A stretch of 64,000 nucleotides of DNA from Lama glama (Eukaryota). Shown here one piece after another: positions 25,400 to 38,810 of the stretch. Position 1 is the first letter of the stretch. Each line of letters opens with the position of its first letter. A program made the translations under genes and the position numbers. The DNA lies in contig CM052816.1 in the NCBI GenBank assembly GCA_028534125.1, positions 60,700,001-60,764,000 of the forward strand, read 5' to 3'. A model generated the notes under the pieces. The model saw nothing but the letters and a program-made list of their open reading frames with translations. It did no database searches and was not told the DNA's origin.

Positions 25400-25870
25400 A
25401 GCAGTAATGATCATCAGCATCAGAAATCATCAAGAAATGACTATTTGAAAGGATTGAAAACAGTATTCAAGGCTGGCCAGGGCCCAGTGTTAAGAGGAAT
25501 GAAAGCTGATACATCATTTCTGGAAAGTAGTTTGGCAGGAATCGTCACGATCTGTAGAAATGTACTTCCTTTAACTCAGTAACCCCCTTTCTAGGAATCC
25601 ATTCCCAGCAAATGTCAGCGATACTGACAAATATTTACATTTGTATTTATATGCAGAGAGTTACTTCATTGCTCTTTGTAATATAGAACAGGAAACATTC
25701 TAAGTTGCCAATAACAGAGAGATGGTTAAAATAAATAATGGTTTATCAGAATGTCTTCCAAATTCGTTTAGAGGAACAACGATACAGGAAAATGTTTTTG
25801 CTAGGTCAAATGGGCAGGGCGGGGAAAAGCCAGATAACAACTTGCAAAACTGTATGATCTTAGGTTGGAA
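25400..25870 (+). mobile_element. Ancient L1ME fragment
   Basis: catttctggaaagtagtttggca..ttaactcagtaacccccttctaggaatc. Confidence 0.55.
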
Positions 25871-26252
25871 TATGCTGTGTAGACTTAGTTAAGCTGGGAA
25901 CCACAGATCCCAGAACTCTGAATTCTGCTCCCTGCATGGTTAGAACTGGCCCAAAGAGAAACTTGTGTGAGATTTACAAGGCAAAAGTAACAAAGCTGCC
26001 ACTGCTTTCCGAAGGTGTCTGTAGCCAGACGTAGTGAAGGACTGACCAAGAGTTGACTAAGAGGGTCCCAGCTCTTCTCTGCTCTGCGCCCAGCACTTCC
26101 TGCTTCTGGCCTTGCTGACCAACCCACAGTGGTCTTGGCCCAGCACCAGGTGCACATGCAGACCCACAGAGGACGCAGCTACACAGAGGCAACAGCTTTC
26201 AACAGGCACCTGCAGACACGCTCCCTTAGCGATCTCACTTTGTGACTGAATG

Positions 26253-26592
26253 TGTGCATTGGTTTCCTCCTGCTCCTCTAATGAATTACCACAGACTTAG
26301 TGGCTTAAGACAACACAATTTCATTCTCTTGCAATTCTGGAAGCCAAATGTCCAAAATCAGTTCCACTAAGCTAAAGCCAATATGTCAGCAGGACTGGGT
26401 CCCCCTGGACACTCTAGGGGAAAATCTGTTTCCTTGCCTTTCTAGCTTCTGGAGACCACCTGCATTCCTTGGCTCCAGACCCCTTCCTCACAGGCTCCAA
26501 TTGTCATCACATTTCCTGCTGCTGTGGTCAAACCTGCCTCCCTGTGTAAGGACACACTATACTGAGTCCACCTGGATAATCAGGACAATGTG
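26253..26592 (-). mobile_element. MaLR LTR (MLT1D/E-like), partial
   Basis: aattaccacagacttagtggcttaagacaacac..ctctaggggaaaatctgtttccttgcc..cacctgcattccttggct. Confidence 0.82.
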
Positions 26593-27484
26593 CTTGGCTT
26601 CTTAGTTTTCTGGTGAATGACTCCTCTCCTCCTCCAACACCCCATCAGGGACCCTCATTCTCTCCTTCTGACAACTGTGGACTGTCGCATTAATACAACG
26701 AGTCCCACAGCTTGGTGACTCTGCTCCCTGTTTGAACTCTAACAGATAAACATCCCAATGGTGTATGAAATGTATCCTTATGTATGAATAAAAAGGGCTG
26801 AAAGGAAGTACAGCAAATGTTCACAGTGCTAACGTCTGGGTGGTAGGACTACAGCTGTAGAGAGGAAGAGGTCGAGACGGGAAAAGCACTGAGGAATGAG
26901 ATGCAGAGCATGTGAGAGACACTGGCTTAGCTGGGAGGGGAGACCATGCAATACAAGGAAGCAGGTGTGGGAACAGGGGTGCTGGTAGGTTTGGTGGCAG
27001 GTTTCTCCTGGCTCCTGTTTTCTCTGTGAATTGGAAAGTAAGTTCACACGTTAAAATAAGAGGCAAGTGGCTGGGTCTGAAGTTTGAGAGAGAAGAGCAT
27101 TTGGGAAAGCCCTGACACAGAGTGAAAGAGGGAGGGGCTGGAGGAGCAGGGTGGTGTTCGCAGTGTTAAGGTTGTGGTGGAGCAGCACCAGCCAGCCTGG
27201 GTCTGTGATTTTCTCTAGTCACACTCCTCCGTAGCTGGGGTGCCGGGGTGCCGGGAAGGGAAGGCAGATAGTAGGGCTGTCCAGAGTTGGGGTTTCCCAG
27301 GCAGGGGAGAAGGAAAGACAGTGGGTCAAGTAAGTTTCAGATTCTCCAGTGCAGTTTCTCTCTCTGCTCCCATGTGCTTTAGAGGAGGACATAGAAACAC
27401 AGGGAGTTACAGTGACTTGTCCAAAGCCACGGACCACTAGCAGGCGAGGCTGGACCTAACACCCCCTGCAACTCCCCAGAAGAA

Positions 27485-27635
27485 CAGTGCAGGGCAGCTA
27501 AAAGTGCGGCTGGTTAAAATGCAGGCCCCCAGGCCCAGACCTCTGGAGTCAGAAACACAGGACAAATGGCCCAGGAATTTAACAAGCACCCTCAGGGACT
27601 CTGAAGCCCAGCAGGATTTAAAGACTATTGGGATA
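27485..27635. mobile_element. MER5-family fossil
   Basis: gttaaaatgcaggcccccaggccc..gagtcagaa..cccaggaatttaacaagcaccctcagg. Confidence 0.6.
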
Positions 27636-28678
27636 GGGCAGAGTCCTTGTCTTGCAGAATTATGGCCAGGAAAGCAAGGGAGGAAGGAAGCAGTCACAGT
27701 TCGGTGTTGAGAGGCAAGATACAGGAACATCTGGGGAAGGCAGGTTGGGCATAAGGGGGGTGGATGGATACCAGATGCTGGGTAGGTCTGCAGGGGTGGG
27801 CGGGCTTATGTTAGGAATGGAGGAAAAGCCGAGCCAACCCCGCCCTTTACACAGCATTTTCTTTTTCCTTTTGCCGAAAGTTCAAGGGCGTTCATAATCC
27901 AAGCAGTATCTCTACTTCTAAGTAAGACATGGGGAAATTCAACATCATCTCAATTTTCCTACGACTAAATTCTCCAAAGCAAATGGAACTACCACAGACT
28001 CGCTGGGCTCGAACTGCAGACCCAGAGTTGGGATAGGCAGTGAGACTCTGAGAGTGCCAGAAATGACATACTGCGTGCCTGCAGCTGGCAGGGGGGCTGT
28101 GACTGCTTCACAAGATACCAACGTCCAAAACTCACGCCAACTGGGGGGAGGAATGGCTGTTCCTCCAAGGGTAGTGAGCCGTGTGGGATCTGCACTGTCA
28201 GTACTAAGCCAGAAGTTGGCTTCATGCAGCAGAGACTTGAAGGGAAAAGCTACCTTCTTTCTACTGCAAATTTATCTGAAATTTATTGTCCCATATAAAT
28301 GGGATACATTTATCTAAAACACATTTCTACCTATAAAACATCCCAGATCCAAGGAAAGATTTTTGTTTGTTTGATTCTGTTTTGATCAACACCTGATTTA
28401 AAAAACACTAGCATACGTGGCCTTGAGACAGTGAATATGTAACATAAGTATCTCCTTTTGCCTGCCCATGACCTATTAGCACCGAGGACCTGTCATCTTT
28501 AGAAAGATAAGGGTTTTTAGAAATGTGAAGAGAAAATCATAAAGTGATTACTTAAATTTCCTACTTACTGTTACTAAGAAGTTCAATCTCTGACTCCAAG
28601 GCCTGTTGTGGTGGTGTTCTGCATATCCCAAGTTACCTTCACAGGTATCACAAAAATATCAACTTAATATGTCATAGC

Positions 28679-28810
28679 GGGGAGGGTACAGCTCAGTGGT
28701 AGAGCACGTGATTAGCATGCACAAGGTCCTGGGTTCAATCCCCAGTACCTCCATTATAAACAAACAAAGAAATAAATAAACCTAATTACCTCCCCCTAAA
28801 AAACCTAAAT
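28679..28810 (+). mobile_element. Vic-1-type SINE (long-tail form)
   Basis: ggggagggtacagctcagtggtagagc..ggtcctgggttcaatccccagtacctcc..aaataaacctaattacctcccc. Confidence 0.93.
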
Positions 28811-29189
28811 ATATATATAATATATATATCACATACACCACTTTAAGGGTTAATAAAATTGAACAATAACAGGATACTACCATGCCAGACCAGTTTGTAT
28901 TTTAATATATAAATACAAAGTATCTTGAAGAAATTTTCATAAGAGGTCAACTTTCAAAATATACTGCTATGTAGCAAATTTAGAAATGCTTTTCCCTCTG
29001 ATATGTCAAATATATTCTGACAGATACACATGCCCTCATACAAAATGATGAAGAGTTAAGATTACTATTTGAAGCTTTTTTTTTTTATAACAGCGACAGA
29101 CTGACTTAATTCAGCACGTAAGGTTCCCCATGATCACACAGCTGCTGACTTTTCCAGGCTCATTCCTTCCTAGTCCTACACTCCCCCTC

Positions 29190-29800
29190 CCAATGCCACA
29201 TGGAAAGCATGCAGCCAGCTTTCCCAGCCCACCACCTCTTGTCTCCAGGCCTTTTCGAGTGCTATTTCCTCTGCAAAGACCACTCCTCCTCTTCTTGGTT
29301 TTCTCTGGCTTACTGTCATTTGTTCCTTAAGCCCCAGCTCTGGTAAAATCATTGTGGGAAGTCTTCCCTGACCACCCCCTAATAGATCTCACATTTTAAG
29401 AGTTAAAGAAATTGAATAATAACAGGATGCTACCTTGACAAACACAATACAAGATTTACCAGTTTATGTTTTAATATAGAACTACAAAATCTTGGAGAAA
29501 GTTCCCAGGTTATGTTGGAGTGATTGACTTGCTAAATATCACGCTGTTTAGCAGATATGAAAATGCTTTTAGCCTTTCTGGGTGAAGTAAACTTTCTTAT
29601 GAACCTGTATCATGTTGCACCCCGACCCCTTACACCCCGCATTCCTCTACCATAGCACTAATCAGGCCATTTTATAATTGTCTGAGTCCCTCACCAGACT
29701 GTTGGCTCCTTGGGAACAGGGACACTTCTCTTTAATTGTTGCATCTCCAGTGCCTAGCAGTGTTGACTGTAACCTACATGATACTAAGCAAGAGGTGATT
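29190..29800 (+). mobile_element. L2 3' fragment, interrupted at ~29390-29620
   Basis: gggaagtcttccctgaccacc ... caccagactgttggctccttgggaacagggac..tgcatctccagtgcctagca. Confidence 0.7.
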
Positions 29801-31909
29801 AAAGGGCAATGCCTACTTTGGCCAGGGAGGGTGTCAAATGGTGTTGTACAGCAATTGTCATGGGCTCTCTATTTCTGATCTATGACAAGGGTCTTTACAG
29901 TTCGATGTCCAAGCGGGAAATGACTCTTCTGATTTAAAGAGTTTTTTAAATGCCTCAACAAAAACCACAGGGCTGAGAAACAAAATCCCACAGTGAGAGC
30001 ATTTGGAGAGATCTCATAAACAAGACCTAGAGCAGTCCTTCCCAAGGTTAAGACACAAAGTCGAATCCCTCTCTGGGGCTAGTAATAAGATACCGATGGT
30101 AAGGAGGGTATTTCCAAATCCATATAGGAGGAGGCCACATAGATACACAACTACACTGGAAGAAAACAACCCAGACTGGACCAGAACTCTTCTCTCTGTT
30201 ATAGTAGTGAAAGAAAGATTCTCAATTTCTCCAGTGAGGAGAAATTAGAGGCTGATCGCAGACTCACTGTGTGAGCCTTTATTATCTGTATACTATAGGA
30301 TGAATTAGTAAATACACAATTTTCAACTATAGATTGAGTTACTCTTAACAAAGTTTGTGTTAAACAACCTTAAGTTATCGATTTTATAGACACCTAGACC
30401 CAGGGGCTCCTGCCAGTAACTAGAATCAAAATTCTAGCCTAGTTCAGAATGGGCAAAACCAAGTAAGTAGCTCCCCATTCCCCTGCAACCCTGTGCATCC
30501 TTCCTGCCCCACATCCCTTTCAGATTGGGTCTTATTATAGTTTATTTTTATCTCATGCACGCATAATTGATGCTGAAGATTTGTTGAATGAATAAGTGAA
30601 TGAATGAATGAAATATACATGTGCACCTGCCAACATTTCAAGTTCTACATCTTAACATTTTATACCTTGTGCCACTTTCTCCATCACAAGCATAAATCTA
30701 ATAAATGGATTTCATGTACTCTTCTCTGTTATATTAACAGCTAGATGTAGCTCTAATGCCAAAGACTGTATTTTCTTCTACCATTAATCTTTCTCCAGCT
30801 TGTGAGCTGGAAAAGTCATAATGATGGGAGTTGTCATAATGAACCCAAACAGTAATTGTAATAAGAAAACGGAGGAAGAAAATTGAAAAAGAAAATGTCT
30901 CTCCCAAAGCACCACAGATAAATGACCTTATTCTCTCCTGAGTCCAAATCCACATGGTTGTATTTGTTCTTGTCAAGATCATTAGGTGCCAAAAGACCAT
31001 CTGACATTAGTGGAAATGATATTTTTAATAGGAATAATATATTGATATATAAAAAAGAACATACATCTTCTCTCTGCAGGTTTTTGTCTAATTTGCAAAA
31101 CTTTAAGAGTTAAAATGCATTTAAAATACTTAATACAAAGTTTGTATGAATGAGACATGGAAGTGAGTACCCCGCCTTAGCCAATCTTCCTAAAGCAAGA
31201 TAAGCAATTACTTCTAATAAAGCAATCAAGGACTTGAATGAGAACAGGTTTAATGCTAACTTAAATATTAATTTGGGGATTTAAAAGACTCTTTCCGTAG
31301 GTCTTTTCTAATCTGTAAAAAAAAAAAAAAGATGTTTTCAAAGTCATTTTGATAAGTTACATCTTCCTGTCATTCCAAAGCATTTAACATACAATGAGAA
31401 TTACTACAGAATACAGAGAAATTTATAAGACTGCTAAATCATTCTGACACCCTCTGGGTCCTGATGGATTTAGTAATGAGTTTCACAATGAGATCCCAGA
31501 CAAATTAAGTAACGAAGCACTTGATCCAGAGGAAAAAAAAAAACATGGCCTTATTCCAAAGTGCCAAGAGCTTAGTTTGCAATGATTGCTCTAACCACTC
31601 TGGCCATCTGGCAATGAAGCCACAAGAAGGCGTTACTTATGTTAAACTGACACTCATATCATATTGTCTCCTTCCACACTGCCCATGTTCTTGCCCTGAT
31701 GCTCAACTTCTCTCCAGGTAAGTTCAACACAGAGAACTCTGATCTTGTCCCAGTATTTATGCTTTATTTTAGGAGAGTGGAATAGACATTCTTAAAATAG
31801 AGAAATTATTTCTTCTGCTATCACTTTATCTTTTCTAGCCTCCTTAAAGTGATGGTTTTACACTCAACCCAAATCTTAGAAAGAAGAAATCAGAGATGCA
31901 CTGGGTTAA

Positions 31910-32088
31910 GCCCAGATTCTCAGTCCTGGCTGCACACTGCAATCACCGGGAAGCTCTTAAAATAGTCCCACACCCAGCCTCCACCCCAGGTCAATTATGC
32001 AGAAGATCTAGGGTTGTGGGGCTGGATCCAGGGATCTGTTTTTAAAGTTCTCCAAGAGATTCCAGTATGTCGCCAGTGTTGAGACTCT
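31910..32088. mobile_element. MER5B
   Basis: ctggctgcacactgcaatcaccgggaagctcttaaaa..tttaaagttctccaagagattc. Confidence 0.7.
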
Positions 32089-33259
32089 TTAGGAGAGTTG
32101 AGACAAGTCGATGAAGTGTGCTTCAGTTCATCAAAAAAGCAGTTAGCTGAGTACTCTGCCCATGTGCAGCACTGGGCTTGGAGATGCCCTAGCAACCTAT
32201 GGCATAAAAGAACCTGCAGAATGATTTATGTCTAAAAAAATTATCTGTGAAAGGACTTCTACTTGGTTTAGTTTAAAAGACTCTTCAAATTCACATACTC
32301 TGCTGGTGTAGGGATCCTCAATGACCTACTATAGCAGGAGGAATCAGATGAAAAAGGAAAGCCGTGCTCTGCACCCAAGGATCCCAGCGCCAGCTTCTTC
32401 ATCAGGTTAGTTTCTCCCTGCAGAGAGGTCTGCAAAGGCCTTGGTGACTTCTAAAGATAGTCGATGCAAAAAGCATCACAACCTCCTGGGAAAATCAAGC
32501 CAATCTCTTCTTTAAGAGGAAAAATGAGAAGAAAAATTCTATCCAAGTTGAAGGAGATGATGCTTTGCTGTCATCACCCAAGGTGGCAACCCCGACCGAG
32601 TGTGGCTTATGGAAACCTTTGTATCTCAGGGTTAGAGGACTGGTGACGGGGCAGATGACTGGGAGCAAGATGGCACTTTCAGCTACTGGAACTGATTTCC
32701 TGGAGGGATTCCTAGATGGCTTTTTCAAGAACTCCCTCTTACACTGAAGTGAGACCATTAAATCAATAAGCGCAGTGCCCAGCGGCCAAACGTATGATCA
32801 TCGTGGCAGGCAAAGCTCCATTACATGGGTGGGTTGTATCTGCTCTTACAGCATTGTGCACAGAAGCGCCTACATTATTAAGGCCAATTTGACTCATATT
32901 TCTCGTTCAAGAGTGTTTATTCTGTTTGTTCTACTCCATCCTAAGCCCAGTTCACAGGAATGAGCTGTTTTTTTTCTATATTTATTCCTCTTTCTTTTGA
33001 ACTGTGACATATAAGCTCTGTGAGGGTAGGGCCTCTGCTTTGAAGCTCTCTACAAGCACTGAAAAACAAAATTCTTTTAGGGGTAAGAGATCTTGTCTGT
33101 CTTTCTCTATTAACTTAGTAGTATGGTGTAGTTTCTAAATTTTACAGTTTTGCTACTAACCAGCACATTTGGCCAGGATTACTTTTAATGAAAATATCCA
33201 GGGTTAGCAGGTTAATTTGTACAGACTTTCTAAAAGACAACTTGCTCAAAACTGATTTT

Positions 33260-33910
33260 AAAAAAATTCTTAAACTATGCAAACCCTTTGACCCAGAATT
33301 TCTGCTTCTAAAAAAGAGTCTAAAGGAAATAAATAAATATATAAATGAGCATATGTGCCAAGATTAATGATAAAGATGTTCACTGCAGTGTTGCTTATAA
33401 CAGAAGTTTTTTGCAAATAACCTAAATTAAGAGAAATCAGTTAAATATATTAGGGCACATTTGTAACGACCCTTGGATCCACAGGGTTCCTTGGTGGTGC
33501 CTCAGGGGCCATGAGGTGAAGGGGAGGTAGAGCAGGAAGAAAGCCAGGGGGAGCCTGAGTGAGTGGGGCCCTGGATCTCCCATTCCTGCTTTAACCTCAA
33601 AAGCTTGAATTTTATGTTTCATGTTGGGTGGTTCCTTTTGCAGAATTAGTTCTGCTGCCAAAAATAGTTGGAAATGGTCTGAATATTACTGAAACAGGAG
33701 GATATCTATAATGCTTTGTAAAGTGGAAGAAAGCAGACTACAAAACTACTTCAGCATCATCTCATTTTTGTCTCCATATATGTATATGTATATATACATA
33801 AAAATACACACACCAATCATTTATACAGCGATGAGCATGCTATCCTTTTTGGGTGATCGGCAAAAAGTTATTTTTAACTTTAAAAACAGGTTTTTTACAT
33901 GATTTTCAGC
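33260..33910 (+). mobile_element. Ancient L1ME fragments with a small inserted element (~33455-33680)
   Basis: ccctttgacccagaatttctgcttct..aaagatgttcactgcagtgttgcttataac. Confidence 0.55.
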
Positions 33911-34469
33911 ATTTTAAGTTTTTCAACCATTATAATGCCTAAAATCAAATCAATAGTTAACTATCAGTTCTTGATCTTAAGACTAGAACTTTCATGTAAG
34001 AATCTTGAAACGAATTGTTCTTCTGTCCCTTTCAGAGGAAGAGAAACTAAGGAATGAAATAATACTGTGAATTACTGTAAAACTGAGAAACTGCCGTGGA
34101 TCCCGTGGACAGTTTCCTTTTTGAGGTATGTGTCAAGTGTCACCGCAGAATCCTTCAGTTTTTCAAAGGTGGATAAATCACTTGGTAGATAGGGGAAAAC
34201 CGTATGTTTTCATGGTAAAAATACAAAATTCATACATGTTTTGTACTCAATGAAATTATCAGAGCAAAGAGATGCTAATGAAAAGTTAATATAACTAGAG
34301 GCACTTGGCAAGGTCGGAGGAAACCAGCAGGCAGGAGAAGGTATGGCCCTGAGAACAGCTGAGGACAGTGGGGAACAGCGGGCAGTAGCTTCAGCAGCAC
34401 ATCATGGACACCAGAGGCACTTAATTCAACTCTAATCAATGAAGGTAAGGATGATGGCAATGGTGATGG

Positions 34470-34680
34470 TGATGGTAACACTAACGTTTACAGAGAGATT
34501 ACAGTGGCCCAGGGACTGCTCTAAGCACTTTACATGTATGAGCTCTTAATCTCACCACACCCTTCCAGGGTAGAAACTATTAATAGTCCCATTTTCCCAA
34601 AGAGGAGACTGAGGAACAGAGAGAATTCACAGTCAGTGTCCATGCCAGGATGTGAAGTGCTTCATTCATTTTATTATCAG
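34470..34680 (-). mobile_element. MIR SINE
   Basis: tgctctaagcactttacatgtat..ttaatctcacc..cccattttc..gaggagactgagg. Confidence 0.7.
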
Positions 34681-34744
34681 TATGCTAACTCTAAAAATAC
34701 AAATGAGATCATTTTCATTTGTTTTGTTTTTGTACACACAGAGG

Positions 34745-34930
34745 CATAATGACAAAAGACTTCTGATGCCAACAGACCTAGGCTCAAGTTCTGGATCTCA
34801 CCTTCCTCTTGGAGCCTCAGTTTCCTCACCTGACACACTGTCAAGGTGCTGTGAATAAGGTGATTTTGTGTATCCAGATCTTGGCCCAGAGTGTGCTGTA
34901 AGTGGGTGCAGAATAAATGGAAGCTAATAA
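34745..34930 (+). mobile_element. MIR SINE
   Basis: cagacctaggctcaagttctgg..gagcctcagtttcctcacctg. Confidence 0.65.
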
Positions 34931-36649
34931 AGTTACTAAGACAAGAAAATGAAGCAAGTGAGGGGACTTAACTGGATAACATTTTAAGTTATTGAGTAAA
35001 TGAGTAAATGCACCTGAGTATACTTTTATGGTGACTATATAATTTATTATCTAAACCAGGAGAGATTAAAGAGGAAAGGGGTCCTATTAATAATTACTCT
35101 GGGATAATAGGTATAATCAGATTCTGTCCTGGGCAAATCGGGCTGTGCAGTCACCTCCTGGTAAACAGTGGTTCTGAGCCCACAGCTATGGGACGTTTTC
35201 CCGGCTTCACCTAGCCCATCAATCCCTACTTCAGGATGGTCACTAGGCTGGGGAGGGAGGGGCATCAAAGATGAAACTCTCTAGGCTGTGCATTAGCAAT
35301 AATGCAGGAGATGGGAGTCTATATATCTGCGTAGATGAACTCTATTCTTAAGAATTATCTTAATTATTAATTACTGGAAAAACCAATCCTCATCTAGTAT
35401 TTATGCTCCACTACGACACCTTGTCTTACGATCACTCATCCCTCTGTGGTCTTTGAAAGGAAAGACTGTACAAGCTCATAGGTAGAAATTTAAAATCAAA
35501 CCTCACATACATGCCCTCCTGCAAGAGGCTCTGCCGCGCCGACAGCCGTGATGACTGAGCACCGGCAACATGCTCTCTGAAGCTATGTACCCCTTGCAAT
35601 GACATGGTACGTGGCTTGCAAACAGCACTTCTCATTCACAGGATCACAAGATAGCAGAGCGTGGAGGGATTCTTTGGTCCAGTCCCTTCATTTCAAGCCC
35701 AGAGTTCTCAAGTGACTTAACTTAGGTGAAGCCACACACTTGGCTAACTGCAGAAGAGGAACAAGAAGCCAAACCCAGGATGGGGCTCAGAGCACGCTAT
35801 TCTTTCCATTGTTTTCCAGCAGCTTCCCTGAAAAATAGCCCTACTAGCTCAAAGAGCAATATAGTAACTCCAAAAATAACACATGATTTCAGGTGTGTCA
35901 GAGTTACTAGTAGGAACTAAATATTCTCCCATTGTAGTCTACAGTATTCTTATAATTAGACATATTTTCAGTTCTTATTGGGAGAAAATTAAAATTAGAT
36001 TTATGTTTAAATTCTCTGCATTGGCCAGGTAATAAGGAGTTTAAATAACACATGTGCAGCAAAGACCAGACGATAAACAAAGCCTCTAATTTGGGACATT
36101 TACTTCCTAACACTGACAGGTGGGAATTAAAAAAAAAAAAAAATCAGACAGCCCAAGCCAGGGTGAGGAAGCCAGAAAAGAAAATAGTTACTAATCTGCT
36201 GGTTTGGGGATGCCTGACCAGGTATATAAATGAAAAGCAACCTTGTTGGTTATTTGTTTGCTTTCTATTGTTTAAAATTTACATTTTCCTGACCTTTGGA
36301 TCCAGCATGGTAGTTTATGATAAGATAGAAGTTTGGGGTGAAAGAGAGCTGGATGAATGCTCTTTGCTGGGACACTGAGTAATATCCAAGGTCAAGCTTT
36401 TTTAAAGAAAGAAATAAAAGTACTCTGCCTCGAATATATATTCCGTTTTAAATAGGAGAATCAGAGAAGAGACATGGCTTAATTGGAAATGAAGAAAGAA
36501 AAACACCAACAAATAGATTAATTTGCGAGATTCTGAGTTCCTAGATATTCTTGGCCTTGCCCTTCTGAACTTTTCCTCTTATGACAAAAGAAATTCTACA
36601 TTCTCCTGACTCTTCTTAAATTGGGTTTAAAATACTCGATGAGCCAGGG

Positions 36650-38810
36650 TAATCAGGTAAGAAAAAGAAATAAAAGGCATCCAGTTTGGACAGAAAGAAG
36701 CAAGATCTATTTCTGTTGGCTGGTGACATGATCTTACATACAAAAAAACCCCAAGGAATCCACCAAAAACACTATTAGAACTAATAAACAAGTTTAGCAA
36801 GGTTGCAGTGTTAAAGGCTGATCTTCAAAAATCAATTGTATTTCTCCACACTAGCAGTGAATAATCCAAAAATGAAATTAAAATCACAGTTGAAGTTATA
36901 ATAGCATCAAAATGAATAAAATACTTAGAAATAAATTTAACAAAAGAAGTATAAGATTTATACACTGAAAAGTATAAAACAATGTTGAATGCATTAAAGA
37001 AGACCTAAATAAATGGAAAGGTATCCCATTTCATGAATCTAAAGACTTCGTATTATGAAAATGGCGATTCTACCTAAAGTGATCTACATATTCAGTGCAA
37101 CCCTTGTCAAATATCCTAACTGTTTGTTGTTGGTTTTTTGCAGAAATTGACAAGCTGATCATAAAATTCATGTGGAAATGTAAGGAATCTAGAAGAACCA
37201 AATCAATCTTAAAAAAAAGGACAAAGTTGGAAGACACATTTCTCAGTTTTAAAACTTACTACAAAGCTGCTGTAATTAGGAGAATGTGGTACTGGCATAA
37301 GGATAGATGTGTAGATAAATGGAATCGATACAAAATTCACTTACGGTCAATTAACTTTTTTATAATGTGCCAGACAATTCAATGGGGGAAAAGGCCTTTT
37401 CAGCAAATGGTCCTGGGAAAACTGGATGTTCACATGGAAGAATGAAGTTGGATTTCTATTTCACACCATATACAAAAATTAACAGAAAGTCAATCAGAGA
37501 CTAAATGTAAGAGCTAAAACCATACAACAAATTAGAAGAAAATACAGAGGCAAATCTTTGTAACTTTGGATTACGCAATGGTTTCTGAGATATGACACCA
37601 AAAGCGCAATCAACAAAAGAAAAAAAAAATAGGTAAATGGGACTTCATCAAAATGTAAAACTTTTGTGCTTTCTTCACCAAGAAAGCAAAACACAATCCA
37701 CAGGATCAGAGAAAATATTTGTAAATCATACATCTGATAGCAGACTTGTATCCAGAAAATACAAGGAGCTCTTATAATTCAACAATAAAAAAACCCAATT
37801 TAAAAATAGGCAAAGGATTTGAACAGACATATTTTAAAAGAATTCATATAAATGGTCAATAAGCATACGAAAAGACCCGCAACCATTAGGAAAACATTAG
37901 CCATTAGGAAAACATAAATCCAAACCACAATTAAGAAAGGAAGGGGAGTGATGAGTTATTGTTTAACAGGTAGTTTCTGTTTGGGATGATGAAAAATTTC
38001 TGGAAGTGGATGGTGACGATGGTTGCCCAACATGTGAATGTACTTAATGTCACTGAATTATACACTTAAAATGGTAAATTTTATGTTATATATATTTTAC
38101 CATAGTAAAATTAAAAACCATAATGAGATGCTATTTCACACCCGTTGGATAGCTATAATCAAAATGACAAAGAATAACAAATTTTGGTGAGGATGTGGAG
38201 AAAACGGAACTCTCATATAAATTGTTGGTAGGAGTACGAAATGATGCAGTCACTTTGGAAAAGAGACTGGTAATTTCTCAAACAGCTAAACATAGAATTA
38301 CCATATGATCCAAAAACACCCCTCCTGGGTAAATACCCAAGAGAATTTAAAACCCGTTCCCACCTGAAAATCCTGTACATGAATGTTCAGTGAAGCAGTA
38401 TTCATAATACTACAAAAGTAGAAACAATTTAGATGTCCATTAATTGATGAATGGGTAAACCAAATGTATATTCACACAATGGAATATTATTCAGCCATAA
38501 AAAGTAACATGGCACTGATACATGCTGTAACATGGACAAACCTTGAAAACATAATGCTAAGTAAAAGAAGTCAGGTGCAAAAGGTCACATATTGCATGAG
38601 TCTACAGAATGTCAAGAACAGGCAAATCCATAGAGACAAAAAGTAGACTAGTGCTTGTCAGGGGCTGGAGGAGGGAAGAATAGAAAACAACTGCTAAGGG
38701 GCACAGAGTCTCTAATAGGGTAGGAAAATGTCCTGAAATTAGATATTGGGGATGGTAAGCACACTTTGTGAATGTGTAAATTATATTTCAACAGATCTAT
38801 TATTTTTTGA
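36650..38810 (+). mobile_element. L1MB-type LINE-1, decayed ORF2 3' part and 3' UTR
   Basis: ORF 37095-37445 (FFAEIDKLIIKFMWK..FKTYYKAAVIRRMWYWHKDR..DKWNR) is L1 ORF2; multiple stops and frameshifts. Confidence 0.93.
37932..38114 (+). mobile_element. Second L1MB 3' end nested inside the L1
   Basis: gagttattgtttaacagg..tttgggatgatgaaaaa..tgaattatacacttaaaatggt; TSD aaaccacaat (37922-37931) / aaaccataat (38115-38124). Confidence 0.85.

Noticed and set aside
28679..28752. tRNA-like sequences (also at 10820, 41750, 44066, 44323)
   Set aside because: SINE heads with A-rich tails and TSDs, not tRNA genes.
37095..38646. L1 ORF2-like ORFs
   Set aside because: Fragmented by stops and frameshifts; not an active element.
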